Shown here piece by piece: positions 24,018-38,889 of a DNA stretch of 64,000 nucleotides. A model generated the notes under the pieces. The model was given only the letters and a program-made list of their open reading frames with translations. It was not told where the DNA came from and searched no databases. This DNA comes from Octopus vulgaris. Lineage: Eukaryota. Where the stretch lies: NCBI GenBank assembly GCA_951406725.2, contig OX597827.1:8184001-8248000 (forward strand), written 5' to 3'. Made by a program: the position numbers and the translations under genes. Each line of letters starts with the position of its first letter. Within the stretch, counting starts at the first letter, position 1.

Positions 24018-24748
24018 AATATATGTATCTATTTATCATTTTCTCCAAAATTCATTCACTCTCTATACCACTGTCATTTTCAGAAATTATCTCTCTATTT
24101 CCCTTTCACTTCCACATAGTTTTATCTTTCTTGTTGCCACCTTATCTCTCTTACTTGTGTTATCTCTTCCCCTGCTCTCTCTCTCTCTCTCTCTCTCTCT
24201 TCTTTTCTTTTCTGTTGCTCTTTATCTAACTACCTTTTCAGGTAACTACCCCCCTCACACGTTGCTGACTCCCAGTATCCTACTAGGAATATGACTGTCA
24301 GTATCTCACTTAGGTATCAATCTATTTAATTCACCGGCCGATATATTCCTATACTTTCATCTCTATCAGTGCAGCAACCACTGCTTTCCCTTTCTAGAGT
24401 ATGACAAACAGAGGCAAGCAAAGCAACAAAAATTTTGAACCAAAAATTAATGTATTATATAGTAAAATGTATATGTATACGACACAGTCCAGTTTCCCAC
24501 AAAGATTGTTGTTTAGCCTAGGATCAAACCCCAGAATTTGAATAGTAATTCACATTGCTAAATAAAAGCAACGTCATCACCCATACAAACGGTGTCATTG
24601 TTTGCAATTTGCCGTGTAAACAACCTTATTCTTTTTGTGAAGGACTGAGGGATATATATATAATCACTTGAATACAGGTGGAAGTTGGCAACAAAAATAA
24701 CACCTGGCTGTAAAAAAAATTACTTCAGTAAGATTTGTCTGATACATA

Positions 24749-25151
24749 CCTATTTCTTTATTACCCACAAGGGGCTAAACACAGAGCGGACAAACAAGGA
24801 CAGACAAAGGGATTAAGTCGATTACATCGACCCCAGTGCGTAACTGGTACTTATTTAATCGACCCTGAAAGGATGAAAGGCAAAGTCGACCTCGGCGGAA
24901 TCTGAACTCAGAACGTAATGGAAGACGAAATACCTATTTCTTTACTACCTACAAGGGGCTAAACACAGAGGGAACAAATGGATTAAGTCGATTATATCGA
25001 CCCCAGGACGTAACTGGTACTTAATTTATCGACCCCGGAAGGATGAAAGGCAAAGTCGACCTCGGCAGAATTTGAACTCGGAACGTAATGGCAGACGAAA
25101 TACGGCAACGCATTTCGCTCGGCGTGCTAACGTTTCTGCCAGCTCGCCGCC
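24749..25151 (-). mobile_element. SINE family C head-to-tail dimer
   Basis: A full copy plus a reiterated 3' ~185 bp, joined at GAAATAC (~24927-24933). Confidence 0.88.
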
Positions 25152-26880
25152 TATATGAGGGATATATAGTCACTTGAATACAGGTGGAAGTTGGCAACAA
25201 AAATAACACCTGGCTGTAAAAAAAATTACTTCGGTAAGATTTGTCTGATACATACCAGCATGGAAAAGCAGATGTTAAAAACAATGATGATTTTATGCAA
25301 ACTGTGTGTATTTAAAAATCTTTGTTGGTCTACCAGTATCAAACTTGTTCCCCGTTATCAAATCACAATGCATTAAGAAATGTGAACCAATCATTTATAT
25401 TTCATGAATATACTTGAAACAATCACATGTTCATTCTGTATTCATCAATTAATGATTCTGATGGATACCATGTTCTTCATCTTTATTAGAAGTTAATGTC
25501 ATTTATTCTATAGGAAATATTCATCTCACTCTTCTCCATTCAAGGTGGATCATTTGTATGCATTGGCATATATTTTGCTTCTCTGCCATTTCTAAGAGAT
25601 GACTTAAAGAACTCCAGTGACTTCTTAGACATGACAACCAAATCTCTCTCAAATCATGCCCTGCTATCTTCAACAAGACAGAAAACATTGGGGGAACAAA
25701 TATAGTCCTGGCAGTACTATATGGAAATATGACTGGATGGTCATGGCTTTGAATGTGTTTGTTAATAGGGCAGCTTGATTAGAGTTGACTTTGGGTATGA
25801 TACCTAAAGCAACAATCCTTATGCACATCTCATCAAGTTTGATTTTATTTATAAACAGAAAAAATAGATATAAACTTAGACTTAAACTTAGATAAACTTA
25901 GATATGTTTCGACCAAAGATTGGTCCAGGCCATGTCCAACTTAATAGCACCACCTGATATCGACGTATATATATATATATACGTTGACTATGACAGTTTC
26001 TAACCTAAATTTTCATTCTACATATATTATGAGAAAAATGGCTACACGTCTGGTTAATAAATTTAACACTGGATTTTTCGAAATCTCTACAGTTTTATAA
26101 AGAATGAACGAAGCAAGCACAAAAGCTGATGTAAAATTGCTGAAGCAATTCTCATCAATTTTTAATCAATAGGCAGGAAAACAGCAAGGAATTTGAACTT
26201 CACCTGTATGGTGACAAAATGCCTGACACACAACTAGTTTATGGAGTGCTTTACCCATAACACTCGTATGAACATAACTTGCATAAATATAGACATTTCT
26301 GACTTTAAACATCCAAATGCTGTCATTTATTTATGAATGTTCTTTCAAAAAGAAAAAAAGAAAAAAACTTTGATAATGAAAGTAAAAAAAAAAGAAACTT
26401 AATATATTGGATTGGCAAATGAATTTAGAAGTTTTATGTTTTTTTTATTTATCATCTATCTAGTATCAAAAATAATATCATTTTTGAAAATCTCAGCATT
26501 AAAAGAAATGACTGTGAGCATGCGTGCACGCATGTGTGTGTGTGTGAATTTAATAATGCACATTCTGTCAGAATTTTATGCTGAATTGTAAAATCACTGC
26601 TTCCATTGATAAATAAATATACTCAGAGACTCCTCAGAGTAAATATTTTGGTAAATTATGTCCAAGTTGAGAGCTTCTTAATTAACAGTTTCTCGATATT
26701 GATTACTCATCTATATATATATATCAGTTAATGTAGATAGTCACTGATCCGTCATTTTTCTTTCACAATTTAGGAGGTAGTATATTTTGATCCCATTGTG
26801 TTTGCGTTAATGAGTGTAGATAATGGGACCTATCAGAGTTCAAAGTTCATAGCAGGACAATCCTATACTTGATTTCTTAT

Positions 26881-27270
26881 GGATAATGGAAGCACTCTGT
26901 CGGTTACGACGACGAGGGTTCCGGTTGATCCAATCAACGGAACAGCCTGCTCGTGAAATTAACGTGTAAGTGGCTGAGCACTCCACAGACACGTGTACCC
27001 TTAACGTAGTTCTCGGGGATATTCAGCGTGACACAGAGAGTGACAAGGCCGGCCCTTTGAAATACAGATACACCAGAAACAGGAAGTAAGAATGAGAGAA
27101 AGTTGTGGTGAAAGAGTACAGCAGGGATCACCACCATCCCCTGCCAGAGCCTCGTGGAGCTTTAGGTGTTTTCGCTCAATAAACACTCACAACGCCCAGT
27201 CTGGGAATCGAAACCGCGATCCTACGACTGCGAGTCCGCTGCCCTAACCACTGGGCCATTGCGCCTCCAC
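26881..27270 (-). mobile_element. SINE family D (tRNA-Arg-like head)
   Basis: Head GGAGGCGCAATGGCCCAGTGGTTAGGGCAGCGGACTCGC..GGTTTCGATTCCC; TSD cttgatttcttat at 26868-26880 and 27271-27283. Confidence 0.92.
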
Positions 27271-28015
27271 CTTGATTTCTTATATTTGGTTGTTAATTGA
27301 TAATTACAATTACAATTCCTCTTCGTGGATATTTATGTCAGTATTTATATGTATATGTGTGCATCTATGTATGCATGCTTATATATTATAAGTGTATGTG
27401 TATTTATATATAGCCATGATACTGTTGTTTACAATTAACACATAATATCAAGGCAAGAACACGCATGTGCACACACACACACGTGTGCACACATGCACCC
27501 CCTCTCCCACACACATATAATGAGCTTCTTTCACTTTCCATCTGTCAAATCTACCCACAAGACTATAGTGTCATGAATTGGGACTGAATTTGAGATCTCA
27601 TGGCTGGGAAGCAAGCTTCTAAAAAAAAACAGTCATTCCTGAGCCAATTATATCATTGCTATTATGTCAAACAGTCGTATGTCCAAATTTGGCCAAATGT
27701 GGTTTTTTTTTTTCAATATCTAATTTTGCTTGCAATAGCCAGTTCTTTTGGTCAAACTGTTGTATGTCCAGCTGCTTCAGATGAAGATTGTCAAAGGGTA
27801 GTACAACAGTTAGCATTTTTCGAAAGTGCATTAAGCCCCACATACAACAGTTTTGCAAAACTATTTCTGGCTGAAAATATTATATATGCATGGAGTTACG
27901 ATTTTATGCACCCAACACAGTATTATTGTTAATCTGAAATTGTTGCTAATGTAAAAAGAAACGGAATTGTGAAATTATTTTTTTTCCTTTTCTGAAAAAG
28001 CAACGTTTTGGACTT

Positions 28016-28413
28016 ACTCTTTACCCTTTTACTTGTTTCAGTCATTTGACTGTGGCCATGCTGGAGCACCGCCTTTTAGTTGAGCAAATCGACCCCGGGA
28101 CTTATTCTTTGTAAGCCCAGTACTTATTCTATCGGTCTCTTTTGCCGAACCGCTAAGTGACAGGGACGTAAACACACCAGCATCGGTTGTCAAGCAATGC
28201 TAGGGGTACAAACACAGACACACAAACACACATACATATATACATATATACGACAGGCTTCTTTCAGTTTCCGTCTACCATATCCACTCACAAGGCATTG
28301 GTCGGCCCGGGACTATAGCAGAAGACACTTGCTCAAGATGCCACGCAGTGGGACTGAACCCGGAACCATGTGGCTGGTTAGCAAGCTACTTACCACACAG
28401 CCACTCCTGCGCC
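28016..28413 (-). mobile_element. SINE family B
   Basis: Full-length copy. Confidence 0.9.
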
Positions 28414-28782
28414 ACTTTCAACACTTTTGCATAATAACAACAATATTTATATTCCCGGATGAGTTAGGTTTTGCTTGTGGCATATGAATTAACAAAGCTG
28501 TATGCTTGTTTCATAAAAGTATATATTTGAAACTTGAGTTACTCAGGTTATTTTATTTTAATTTGAATAAAAACAATGAAAATAACTTGTACATATTAAC
28601 TCAAACAAAAATAACCCAAAAACAATCTGTCCACAAAAGCATTAAATTAATCATTGTTGCTTTGTTTTGTTTTATTGAAAGTCTATGATATGAATACTAA
28701 ATTGATATTCATAAAGCTGCTGAATGATAATATAACAAGCATCTCAATGTATGTGTAACATCTGCTGTTCTTATATCCATTA

Positions 28783-29174
28783 GTAGCAGTATTGCCCGGC
28801 GTTGCTCGGGTTTGTTTCGACCCTTTAGAATTGGAATTTTTGAAAAGTAAAACTTTTGCATTATGTAGCTTGTTTTTCTCATTAAGTGAACATTTTTATG
28901 GTTGAAATACACCGGAAAATGGCGACACAACAGTAAAAAAATCGTTAAAAAATAGGGATTTTCATAGGGAAAAAGCACCTTTTTGATGTGAATAATTTTT
29001 GGTGTTAACATGGTCAGATTTGAATTTTTCTTCTACGGACGAATAAATAAGCCTTCTTTTATCATACTCTCAATTTCGGTCAACTTGCGTCGCAGGGTCT
29101 CGGAGGAGATAGTATTAGTTGAAGGCTACCAAACCTGCCATACACAGACAATTTCAGCTCTCTATATATAAAGA
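28783..29174 (-). mobile_element. Non-autonomous Helitron-like element
   Basis: Minus strand starts A|TCTTTATATATA and ends with hairpin CCCGAGCAACGCCGGG plus CTA(C)|T; no TSD. Confidence 0.75.
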
Positions 29175-30055
29175 TTTGAGCAGTCTAAAATAAATTAGTC
29201 AAAGAGGATGAAGTGGTAATATTCATGATCTTTGCATGTACACTAAACCGTTGAGCTTGCTATGAAGATTGAACATCTATATAAACCATCACTTTTAAAT
29301 GAAGCCCTGTGATATTTATTTTGTAAATGTCACACAATAAACCTTCATCTCTCTCTCTCACCATCATAAATGCTATGAGCCAGTGATAAGCATACTGGAA
29401 AGATGTAGCTCCCAGATATCATGAAATAAACAGTTAAGGTTTTTAATAATTAGAAAGACAATGGTGTTGCTATAACTTTGAGAGTTGATGATTATAATTA
29501 TTATGTTAGAAACAATATTAACATCTTAGGGTTTCCACGCTGTTGAGATATTGATCATGTTTTAGATGGGTTTTACAAAGAATCAAATGCTGGATAGTAT
29601 CAAAGCTTTACAAGTGAGCACTAATATTTCTCGGTAAACATATTGAAAATTTCTGTAAAAGGTTTTTGAGAAAAGATATTAAAGAGAAACTTCATGAAGC
29701 ATGAACGAGATACGGAATTGTCTTCAAACAAGATTGTTGTTAGGCAAGTAAGAAATGAACGTAATAAAAAAATAGAATTAAAGGAAGCCTTTACATCTTC
29801 CTATATTGTGGGCATATATGTATACTTTAATACACAACTACATGCCCACCCATGCACATGCATGCGCACAGACACACAGACATAGACACAGACACACATA
29901 CACACACATACACACACATACACAGAGCTAACCCTAAATAAACAAAGACGTGGAGTTTTGGAATATTGGGAACTGGATCAAAATTAAACTACACATAACT
30001 TAATTTAAACCGTTGAGTCTGTTTTTTTTTTACTTTGTTCATACATTTACTCGTT

Positions 30056-30475
30056 ACTCTCTCTTTTACTCTTTTACATGTTTCAGTCATCTGACTGTGG
30101 CCATGCTGGAGCACCGCCTTTAGTCGAGAAAATCGACCCCGGGACTTATTCTTTGTAAGCCCAGTACTTATTCTATCAGTCTCTTTTGCCGAACCGCTAA
30201 GTGACGGGGACGTAAACACACCAGCATCGGTTGTCAAGCAATGCTAGGGGGACAAACACAGACACACAAACACATACACATACATACATATACATATATA
30301 TATACATATATACGACAGGCTTCTTTCAGTTTCCGTCTACCAAATGCACTCACAAGGCATTGGTTGGCCCAGGGCTATAGCAGAAGACACTTGCCCAAGA
30401 TGCCACGCTGTGGGACTGAACCCGCAACCATGTGGTTGGTTAGCAAGCTACTTACCACACAGCCACTCCTGTGCC
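30056..30475 (-). mobile_element. SINE family B
   Basis: Full-length copy. Confidence 0.9.
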
Positions 30476-32577
30476 TACTTAATAAATCTTTCAAATCTTG
30501 GCACAAGGCCAGCAATTTTCAGGGAGAGAAAGGATGAATACATCATTACCAGAATTTGACTAGTACTTTATGTTATCAACTGTGAAAGAATTAGAAGTCC
30601 TTGGTGGTATTTGAACTCAGATCATAAAGAACAAAAAGAAGTGTCATGAAACATTTTGTCTGGCACAGTAACGATTCTGCCAGCTTGCACCTTACTCTTT
30701 ATGTAATAATACAAACATTTAAATTTCCTTTTCATTTTCATTTATTCATTTTTCTTTTATGTCTATGTTTCCACATTTCATGGATTGGATGGAAATAGTA
30801 TTTTTTGACCAGATGCCTTTCCTGTTGCAACCTACCCTTCCTGTTTTCCAAGTAAGGTTTGCAAAGCAAGTATATTAACCTCAGAGACATGCCTACACGT
30901 AATATTGTAAATTTCTTATGAACTGCTCTGCCTTTTGAGCAAGTGACATAAGTACAGTTCCTCTATTCCTTTATTCAATTTCACTTGTCTTAAGTGATTT
31001 CTAGAAGTATAGGCAACTTTAAATGATCATAAGGCACATAATTCTGAACAGAATGATATTGATAAAAATGTATTTCCTTTTAAAACTAAGTCCAACAGCA
31101 ACTACACTGAAAAGAATGGAATAAAAATGTACATACTGATTGTTCATTTATCAATGATATATATATATGAAAAATGAATAATTTTTGTTATTTCCTTCTT
31201 TGCAAGAAGTGAACAAATCAAGATGTATCACATTAAAATAGTTGTGGCCATTTTTACCATAAACAGTTGATTCACACATTAAAATGGAACCAACACTTTC
31301 AGTAGAAAATTCCCAACTGAAGAGACAGAAATAAGCTTAACACTGAAAAGGCCAGATAAAGATTTACTTCACAAGGAATAGGAATTTAATAGTTAAATTT
31401 GTGTTTCTGTATAGATGGCAGTGTCTGTATGTGGATTTGTGTATGTATTGCTCTTATTTATCAGACAAGAATATAAACACTAGCATGAAAAGGAGAAAGA
31501 CTTCTGCTTTTCAATTAAAGTCCTTTGAGATGTTTGTTCTGCACCAAGTGAAAGATACTCACTTTCTTTAGTGCTCTTGTTGTTACAATGCAGAACTAGT
31601 GGTTAGCTGATTAGAAGCCTGTAGCCAACAATACTACTCTTCACAAAACGTGATATCAGATAAGAGCAGTAAATATGAAAAAGAACAACAGGGGGGGGGG
31701 AAGATATTGACAGACATAATGTGTATATGTATGTGAGTGTGTGATGCATGTGTGTGTGTGTGTGTGTGAACAAGAATTTAGGGAAGAAAGACATAAAGCC
31801 TGATATCAATGTATATAATGAATTTGCTGCTGGGAATGATTGAGTGGAACTATTCTCAAAGACATTGAAGAAGGAACAGACATGTGCTGGTGTGGCAGGA
31901 ATTTTATGAAGAGGTAAAAAGGAAAAAAAAAAACACATTTAAAAACAAAATAAAAAAACAACAAAAAAAACCCCAATGATATTTTTCATTAAGAAGTAAG
32001 TTGATGAGATAGTAAATTCTTACTCCATCTCTGGGTTTCTCATAATACCAATTTGATCTCCTTTTCCTCTACTTCTCCATTAGGCATTCAATGATAAGAT
32101 AAATTAACTTATCCTTGAGAAATTGCTATTGTTAATTAAATTTATTGTTATCTGCTGCAGCAAAGATGTGCATTAATGCAACTTCTAAGATGCCATTATG
32201 GAAAATAATAAGTAATATAGCACATAATTTACTAATGAAGTACTTTATTTTTTTTTTCATTTCCTTCATGAAAAATATATCTTCCACATATTCATATTGT
32301 CAATAGGTTAGTTGGATACATTGTTCCTTATTTTAACATTCATTATAATTCAGGAAAGCATCTACCATGAATACTGAACAATTTTCGGTTATGATATTAA
32401 TGCTCAGAATAACTATGGAAAGAGTGAAATAGAGTATCAATTATTTACACAAAAATACATAGATGTACATTAAGATATTACAAACAACTGATATGCAGAT
32501 TCACACATAAAACACAGGCATATATGCACACACACAAACATATATATATATATATATATACACATATATAGATATAT

Positions 32578-32650
<73 letters not shown>

Positions 32651-32681
32651 TATATACATATATACATATATATATATACAT

Positions 32682-32742
<61 letters not shown>

Positions 32743-33093
32743 CATTCATATCCACATAAATAGAAATATTCTGCTTTTCTAGTTACCATGTTTCCATTAG
32801 TAACAATGGATATTGTGTAAATTGAAATTTATTTTTTAATATTTTATTAATTATTTATTTTATTATTTTTTTTATATATATATATTTTTTTTCTCTCATT
32901 TCTGAAAGAGATAGTGAAACTTCCATTGAATTAAATATTGCTTAACTCCCTTTAACCCAGAGTATAAGATCTGATACTAGCATATTCATTGTTCAAAAAC
33001 ATCTTGCAAAAATAATATAGCATTGTCTACAAATAACAACAGGGGCATGCATGCACACACACATTCACATTTACATAACTATCTATCTATCTG

Positions 33094-33207
<114 letters not shown>

Positions 33208-33271
33208 ACTCTCTCTCTCTATATATATATATATATACACATATATATATTTATATACATATATATAAATA

Positions 33272-33319
<48 letters not shown>

Positions 33320-33354
33320 AAATATATATATGTGTATATATATATATAGATATA

Positions 33355-33395
<41 letters not shown>

Positions 33396-33871
33396 TTGAT
33401 ATATATATATATATAAACATATATCTTACATACATTCATTCAAAATACACTCACACACATACTATATATTTAGGAAATACACTATGACAATCTCCTAAGT
33501 GATTGAAACACTACACAAATTAGCAACTGTACTCAAATGTATACTTGTACACACTTATACACAGTAATTTTAGATGTATTAAACTAATGTAAACTTGAAT
33601 AGTTATGTACATAGTAGAACCATATATATATATATACCTTTATGAAAACATAAATATTTAAGCATATACATGGGTATCTAAGTATATAGATGTGTTTAGA
33701 TGTATACAGCTTCACATTTTTATATGCTGGCACTCACATACTTTAAATTATATCCACAAATATGTCTGTAGCTATATGCAAGGACATACATAGATCTACT
33801 CAAATATATATACATACACAAAACACATACACACACAGATAAACATATGTATCTATTCATATTATAAATAT

Positions 33872-33909
<38 letters not shown>

Positions 33910-34054
33910 TATATATATATATATACATACATACATACATACATACATACATACATAATATATACATTTATATATTCATACATATACAAACAAACATAAC
34001 TGCAATGAATCTATACTTATACTTCTAGTTTCACATGTTATATAACCACACACA

Positions 34055-34095
<41 letters not shown>

Positions 34096-34267
34096 GTACA
34101 TATATATATATATATATATATACACATATGCCTACATCTTTTCATCTTATTTCTATGTCCAACTTAACAATTTCTTACCTTACTTCCTCTCTAAGAAAAG
34201 ATATGCGTATGTGTATGCAACAACATATGTGTATATATTTACATGCACATACATGCATATATAGATG

Positions 34268-34560
34268 CGTGGTGTGATCAATTAGTATCAGGGCTCTTGC
34301 CATAGCAACAACAGTAAAGCATGCAGAGTGAAGCTGCTTGGTACAAATTGACCTTGAAATCTGCTGTGTATGTGTACTAAGTTTCAATGCTCTAGCTCAC
34401 TTCCACCATTCACAGCAGTATCTGGAAGGAAGGTGTGTAGTGTGTGATCATCACAATGACCATGATAGAGAAAGTTGAGCAAAGAATCTGCATCAAATTT
34501 TGCCAAAAGCTTGGCGATACCTGCTCAGAGGCCTATGCAAAGTTTTCAAAAAGTTTTCAT
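34268..34560 (+). mobile_element. Left arm of the same fold-back mariner family
   Basis: Colinear with 43862-44142, including EQRICIKFCQKLGDTCSEAYAK. Confidence 0.85.
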
Positions 34561-34561
34561 A

Positions 34562-34977
34562 GGCGCAGGAGTGGCTGTGTGGTAAGTAGCTTGCTAACCA
34601 ACCATATTGTTCCGGGTTCAGTCCCACTGTGTGGCCTCTTGGGCAAGTGTCTTCTGCTATAGCTCAGGGCTGACCAATGCTTTGTGAGTGGATTTGGTAG
34701 ACGGAAACTGAATGAAGCCTGTCGTATATATGTATATATATATATGTGTGTGTGTGTGTTTGTGTGTCTGTGTTTGTCCCCCTAACATTGCTTGACAACC
34801 GATGCTGGTGTGTTTATGTCCCCGTCACTTAGCGGTTCAGCAAAAGAGACCGATAGAATAAGTACTGGGCTTACAAAGAATAAGTCCCGGGGTCGAGTTC
34901 CTCGACTAAAGGTGGTGCTCCAGCATGGCCGCAGTCAAATGACTGAAACAAGTAAAAGAGAAAAAGAGAGTAAAGAG
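34562..34977 (+). mobile_element. SINE family B
   Basis: Full-length copy. Confidence 0.9.
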
Positions 34978-35170
34978 CAATATACAAAATAGTAGTTTTC
35001 AGTTCTCTGTGGCTACTGGAATTGTTGTATATATAAACAGACTGGCTGCTAGCTTCTCCGGGATTGGTCAAATTGATGTAAACATCTCTGATGAGAAACC
35101 AATGAGGTTTGAAAATTTATTAAGGCTGTTCATCACTTTCCCACTCAATAGAAATAGCGAAATTAGCCGT

Positions 35171-35597
35171 ACACTTTACACTTTTACACTTTTACACTTT
35201 TACTTGTTTCAGTCTTTTGACTGCGGCCATGCTGGAGCACTGCCTTTAATCGAGCAACTCGATCCCAGGACTTATTCTTTGTAAGCCCAGTACTTATTCT
35301 ATCGGTCTCTTTTGCTGAACCGCTAAGTGACGGGGATGTAAACACACCAGCATCGGTTGTCAAGCAATGCTAGGGGGACAAACACAGACACTGAAACACA
35401 CACACACATACATATATACATATATACATATATACGACGGGCTTCTTTCAGTTTCCGTCTACCAAGTCCACTCACGAGGCTTTGGTCGACCCGAGGCTAT
35501 ATTAGAAGACATTTGCCCAAGATGCCACGCAGTGGGACTGAACCCGGAACCATGTAGTTGGTTAGCAAGCTGCTTACCACACAGCCACTCCTGCACC
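35171..35597 (-). mobile_element. SINE family B
   Basis: Full-length copy, inverted relative to 34562-34977. Confidence 0.9.
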
Positions 35598-35684
35598 TAT
35601 TTACATATCTTGCATTTACAGCCCTGTTTACATATCTTCTATAAAAGTTACATATATGTATGTAACCTTATACATATATAAATA

Positions 35685-35715
<31 letters not shown>

Positions 35716-35874
35716 ATATACATACACACATAAATATATATATTTATATGTATGGCTGTGTATGTATGTATATATATTTAATAATATCAGGGCAATAAAG
35801 ATTTTAGAAATTTTTACTACCTGTGGCCTAGTGTATAGAAAAATTAGTCAATAGACTATATATTATTCATATAA

Positions 35875-36087
35875 AATACAGTGTACATTTAAACACATTA
35901 AGAGGTTTCCATTATAGGAATCCTTTACACTAGAAAGAACAGCTAAAGTCCAAACCACAAATTAGGAATAAATTCATTACCTTCGAGAATTTATCCCTAA
36001 TTTGTGGTTTGGACTTTAGCTGTTCTTTCTAGTGTAAAGGATTCCTATGATGGAAACCTTTTAATGTGTTTAAATGTACATTGTATT
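35875..36087. repeat. Long palindrome, 101-bp arms, 11-nt loop
   Basis: 35875-35975 is the reverse complement of 35987-36087 with few mismatches. Confidence 0.95.
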
Positions 36088-36103
36088 ATATATATATATA
36101 TAA

Positions 36104-36141
<38 letters not shown>

Positions 36142-36639
36142 GATGATGGACTCTCCTGTTGAAGATAACATATGAGTGTTCAGCTTTTTGCTGATCGGCC
36201 TCCACAAAGGATTTGTTTATAGTGATCAAATGTATGTGCTGTACATTAGCTCACACCCTCCATCAAATTGATATTGCCTGAATAGTTGCATGGTGTGCTG
36301 TACGCAGGGTGTTGAAAGGATTGCAGACCGATGTGAGATGAAGTGTTTTGCTCGAAAACACAACACTTCACTCAGGCTAGGAATTGAAACCCCAATATAC
36401 ATATACATCACAGGTTCTCAAAGAGGGCACTACTGCCCCATCCCTATTTTTATGTATAAATAAATATTTTATATTTTACCATGTGCTTAACTCTAAAGCT
36501 GAACTACTTACAGATAGGTGTAACTATCATCGATAATAGTAAAGTGATCGCTTCTGTTACATGTGACAAAACAAAAGAAGCACCCAACTCCTTTAAAGAC
36601 ATTAACTTTCCATCTTTCAGACTTATTGATGAGAATGTT

Positions 36640-36812
36640 TGGAAATGCTGTCATGGGGATAATGAAGTTAGAAAACGGGCTGATGAGAAGAGGAAGTGGT
36701 TCAGTGAATGGTTAAGAGCGGTTGGGTACAGGAGCAGAAAAAGCAGCATATGAAAGTTACAAGACAGTAGCCAACAAGGCTACGAAGAAAGAGATAGCAA
36801 ATGCACAAGTGG
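36640..36812 (+). mobile_element. RTE-clade LINE fragment (EN-RT linker)
   Basis: NEVRKRADEKRKWFSEW / AAYESYKTVANKATKKEIANA resembles the WWNEEV..EKK..W..Y..AK..AK..VA.A region. Confidence 0.55.
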
Positions 36813-36945
36813 CAAATAAGAAGATGCTCAGAGAATGTATGGCTTTAGAGGTGGTTCAATTTCATTTGCAATTCATATTATTCCATAGCCTGAAGGAATG
36901 CATGTACTCTTTTCACGATTGGGAAACAAACTTCTCTTGCATTTT

Positions 36946-37011
<66 letters not shown>

Positions 37012-38845
37012 TTCTCTATCTCTCTCCCTCTCTCTCTCTCTCTGTCGCTCTCTCTCTCTCTCTCTTGTACTTAGATACATACATATGTATATGTATACAC
37101 ACACATCTCTCCTTACGCACAAAAATCCATTTATGCTAATGTCGACTTTGTAAGAATATACATATTATAGAAGCACACATTACATGTGTATCTATTATTT
37201 AGCTGCAATGTGAGAGAAGGAAAGAGAGTTGCACTTTATATGTACGTGTGTGTGTGTGTGTGTGTATGTGTTCGCAGAACATTTGTTGGTAAAATTTGTA
37301 CATAAATAATTTAGCAGACTCATCCTTTTAGTTTAAATGCTGCACTTTTATAAAGTAAGAACATTCTTAAACCACATTACATAAAAATTTTACAAACCAT
37401 CATTGGCACTTGAACATTTTCAACAAAAAATCACTAAAAGATAGTAACATTTACTAAATTATCACACTAATTAAATATCTAGTGACAAAGGAAAGCATAA
37501 CAACTTATCTCTGGAAATTATTCAACCTTATTATAATTACATACTGTTACAATCATATTGTCCCTAACACAATGGCAAATGCCCATCAGGCTTTTGTGCT
37601 TAAGTCGATGGTAATTCTGCCAAACCAAACAGTTTGAAAATATACTATACTGAGTATACTTTCAAAAACAGGAACATCTATCACACTTATTCTTTCAGAC
37701 ATACAAAAATGTGTAGCATCAACTCCTTGCCTTAGTAAGTATATTCTATAAACAGTTAGTGAACTTCAGAATTTGCTGGTCAGTACACAAAACCTTATTT
37801 AGATGGTTCATACCTTTGTATAGACTTATGAAAACTATAACACACAAATTTGTCTATTTAATGTATTAAATATGAGAAGAGAAAAAATTTTGGAAAGCTG
37901 GTATCAGAACATTGATATGTTGATAATCATTATTCTTTCCCACTTATTGATTTGTAAATTTATTAAAAATTTGATAATCCTTCACATGCTTTGAACATTC
38001 TTTGAAAGCTCAAGACAATTTTTGAAAATTATTTGAAAATTTGAATATTTCTTTCTGAAAAAATCTCTTATGGTTTACACAAAGGTCTCATTTTCTCCTT
38101 TCTCATACCGTTTTTGTTCTCATCATTCCTTCCACTGTTTGAACAATTACTCCCATCATAACCCTCTACTTTCTTTTCTAACATTAGAAAGATTGTATAT
38201 CTTTTACTTTGCTTCATCCTAGCTTATTTCACATTCATCACTTACACCCTTCTTTTCTATTTTGGCCTCACGTTCCTATTTCACATCACCCATCTTATTC
38301 TTTCTCTTGTCATTTGTTCCTACACATATTCATTCACCACTTCTCTTCTCTTTGTCTATCGAATTTTGTTGCAACAAAGCTTTCATTTAATACATGACAT
38401 TACAAAATGTATTCTAATTTTAACATGGATTCAAATATGCGATATACTGAGTGATAAAAAATTCTACTTATTGAGATTATCCATGAAATTATTAAACAAA
38501 ATTATATTTAGCAGTGTTTTAAACAAAAACAAAGGAGATTATTCCAGTAAATCACTTAGCTGAAAATGTTAGAATTTCAGTGTAGGAATGGATTTGGTTA
38601 TTAAGTGAAGTGGTGATAATTATGAATAGGTTTTTATCTTATTAGAACTTTTCAGCAAAACATAATCTATGCAGATGACAAAACTAAGAGTTCTACATAC
38701 AAACATGCATACATATGTATGCATGTATGTATGCATGCAGGTATACATATCTAAGTATATACATGTGTATATATATATATATATGTGCATATATACATAT
38801 ATACATGTGTGTGCATATATGTACACACATATATGTATATATCTC

Positions 38846-38889
<44 letters not shown>

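Noticed and set aside
25890-25945. Minus-strand GACCAA/TTGGTC-GAAA hammerhead-like piece
   Set aside because: No recognisable CUGANGA core or stem I.
27600-27932. 110-aa ORF
   Set aside because: It begins in a degenerate SINE, has no recognisable domain, and contains repeated GTCAAAC(A/T)GT(C/T)GTATGTCCA motifs more typical of a transposon end.
31562-31620. Possible internal protocadherin exon (donor AAA|GTGAGT); other acceptor-like sites at ~17420, ~7908 and ~31880
   Set aside because: Early stops or weak acceptors; indistinguishable from chance sites without RNA data.
35088-35115. Hammerhead-like CTGATGA-GAAACC..GGTTT-GAAA
   Set aside because: The G10.1-C11.1 pair is missing and I could not find a convincing stem I.
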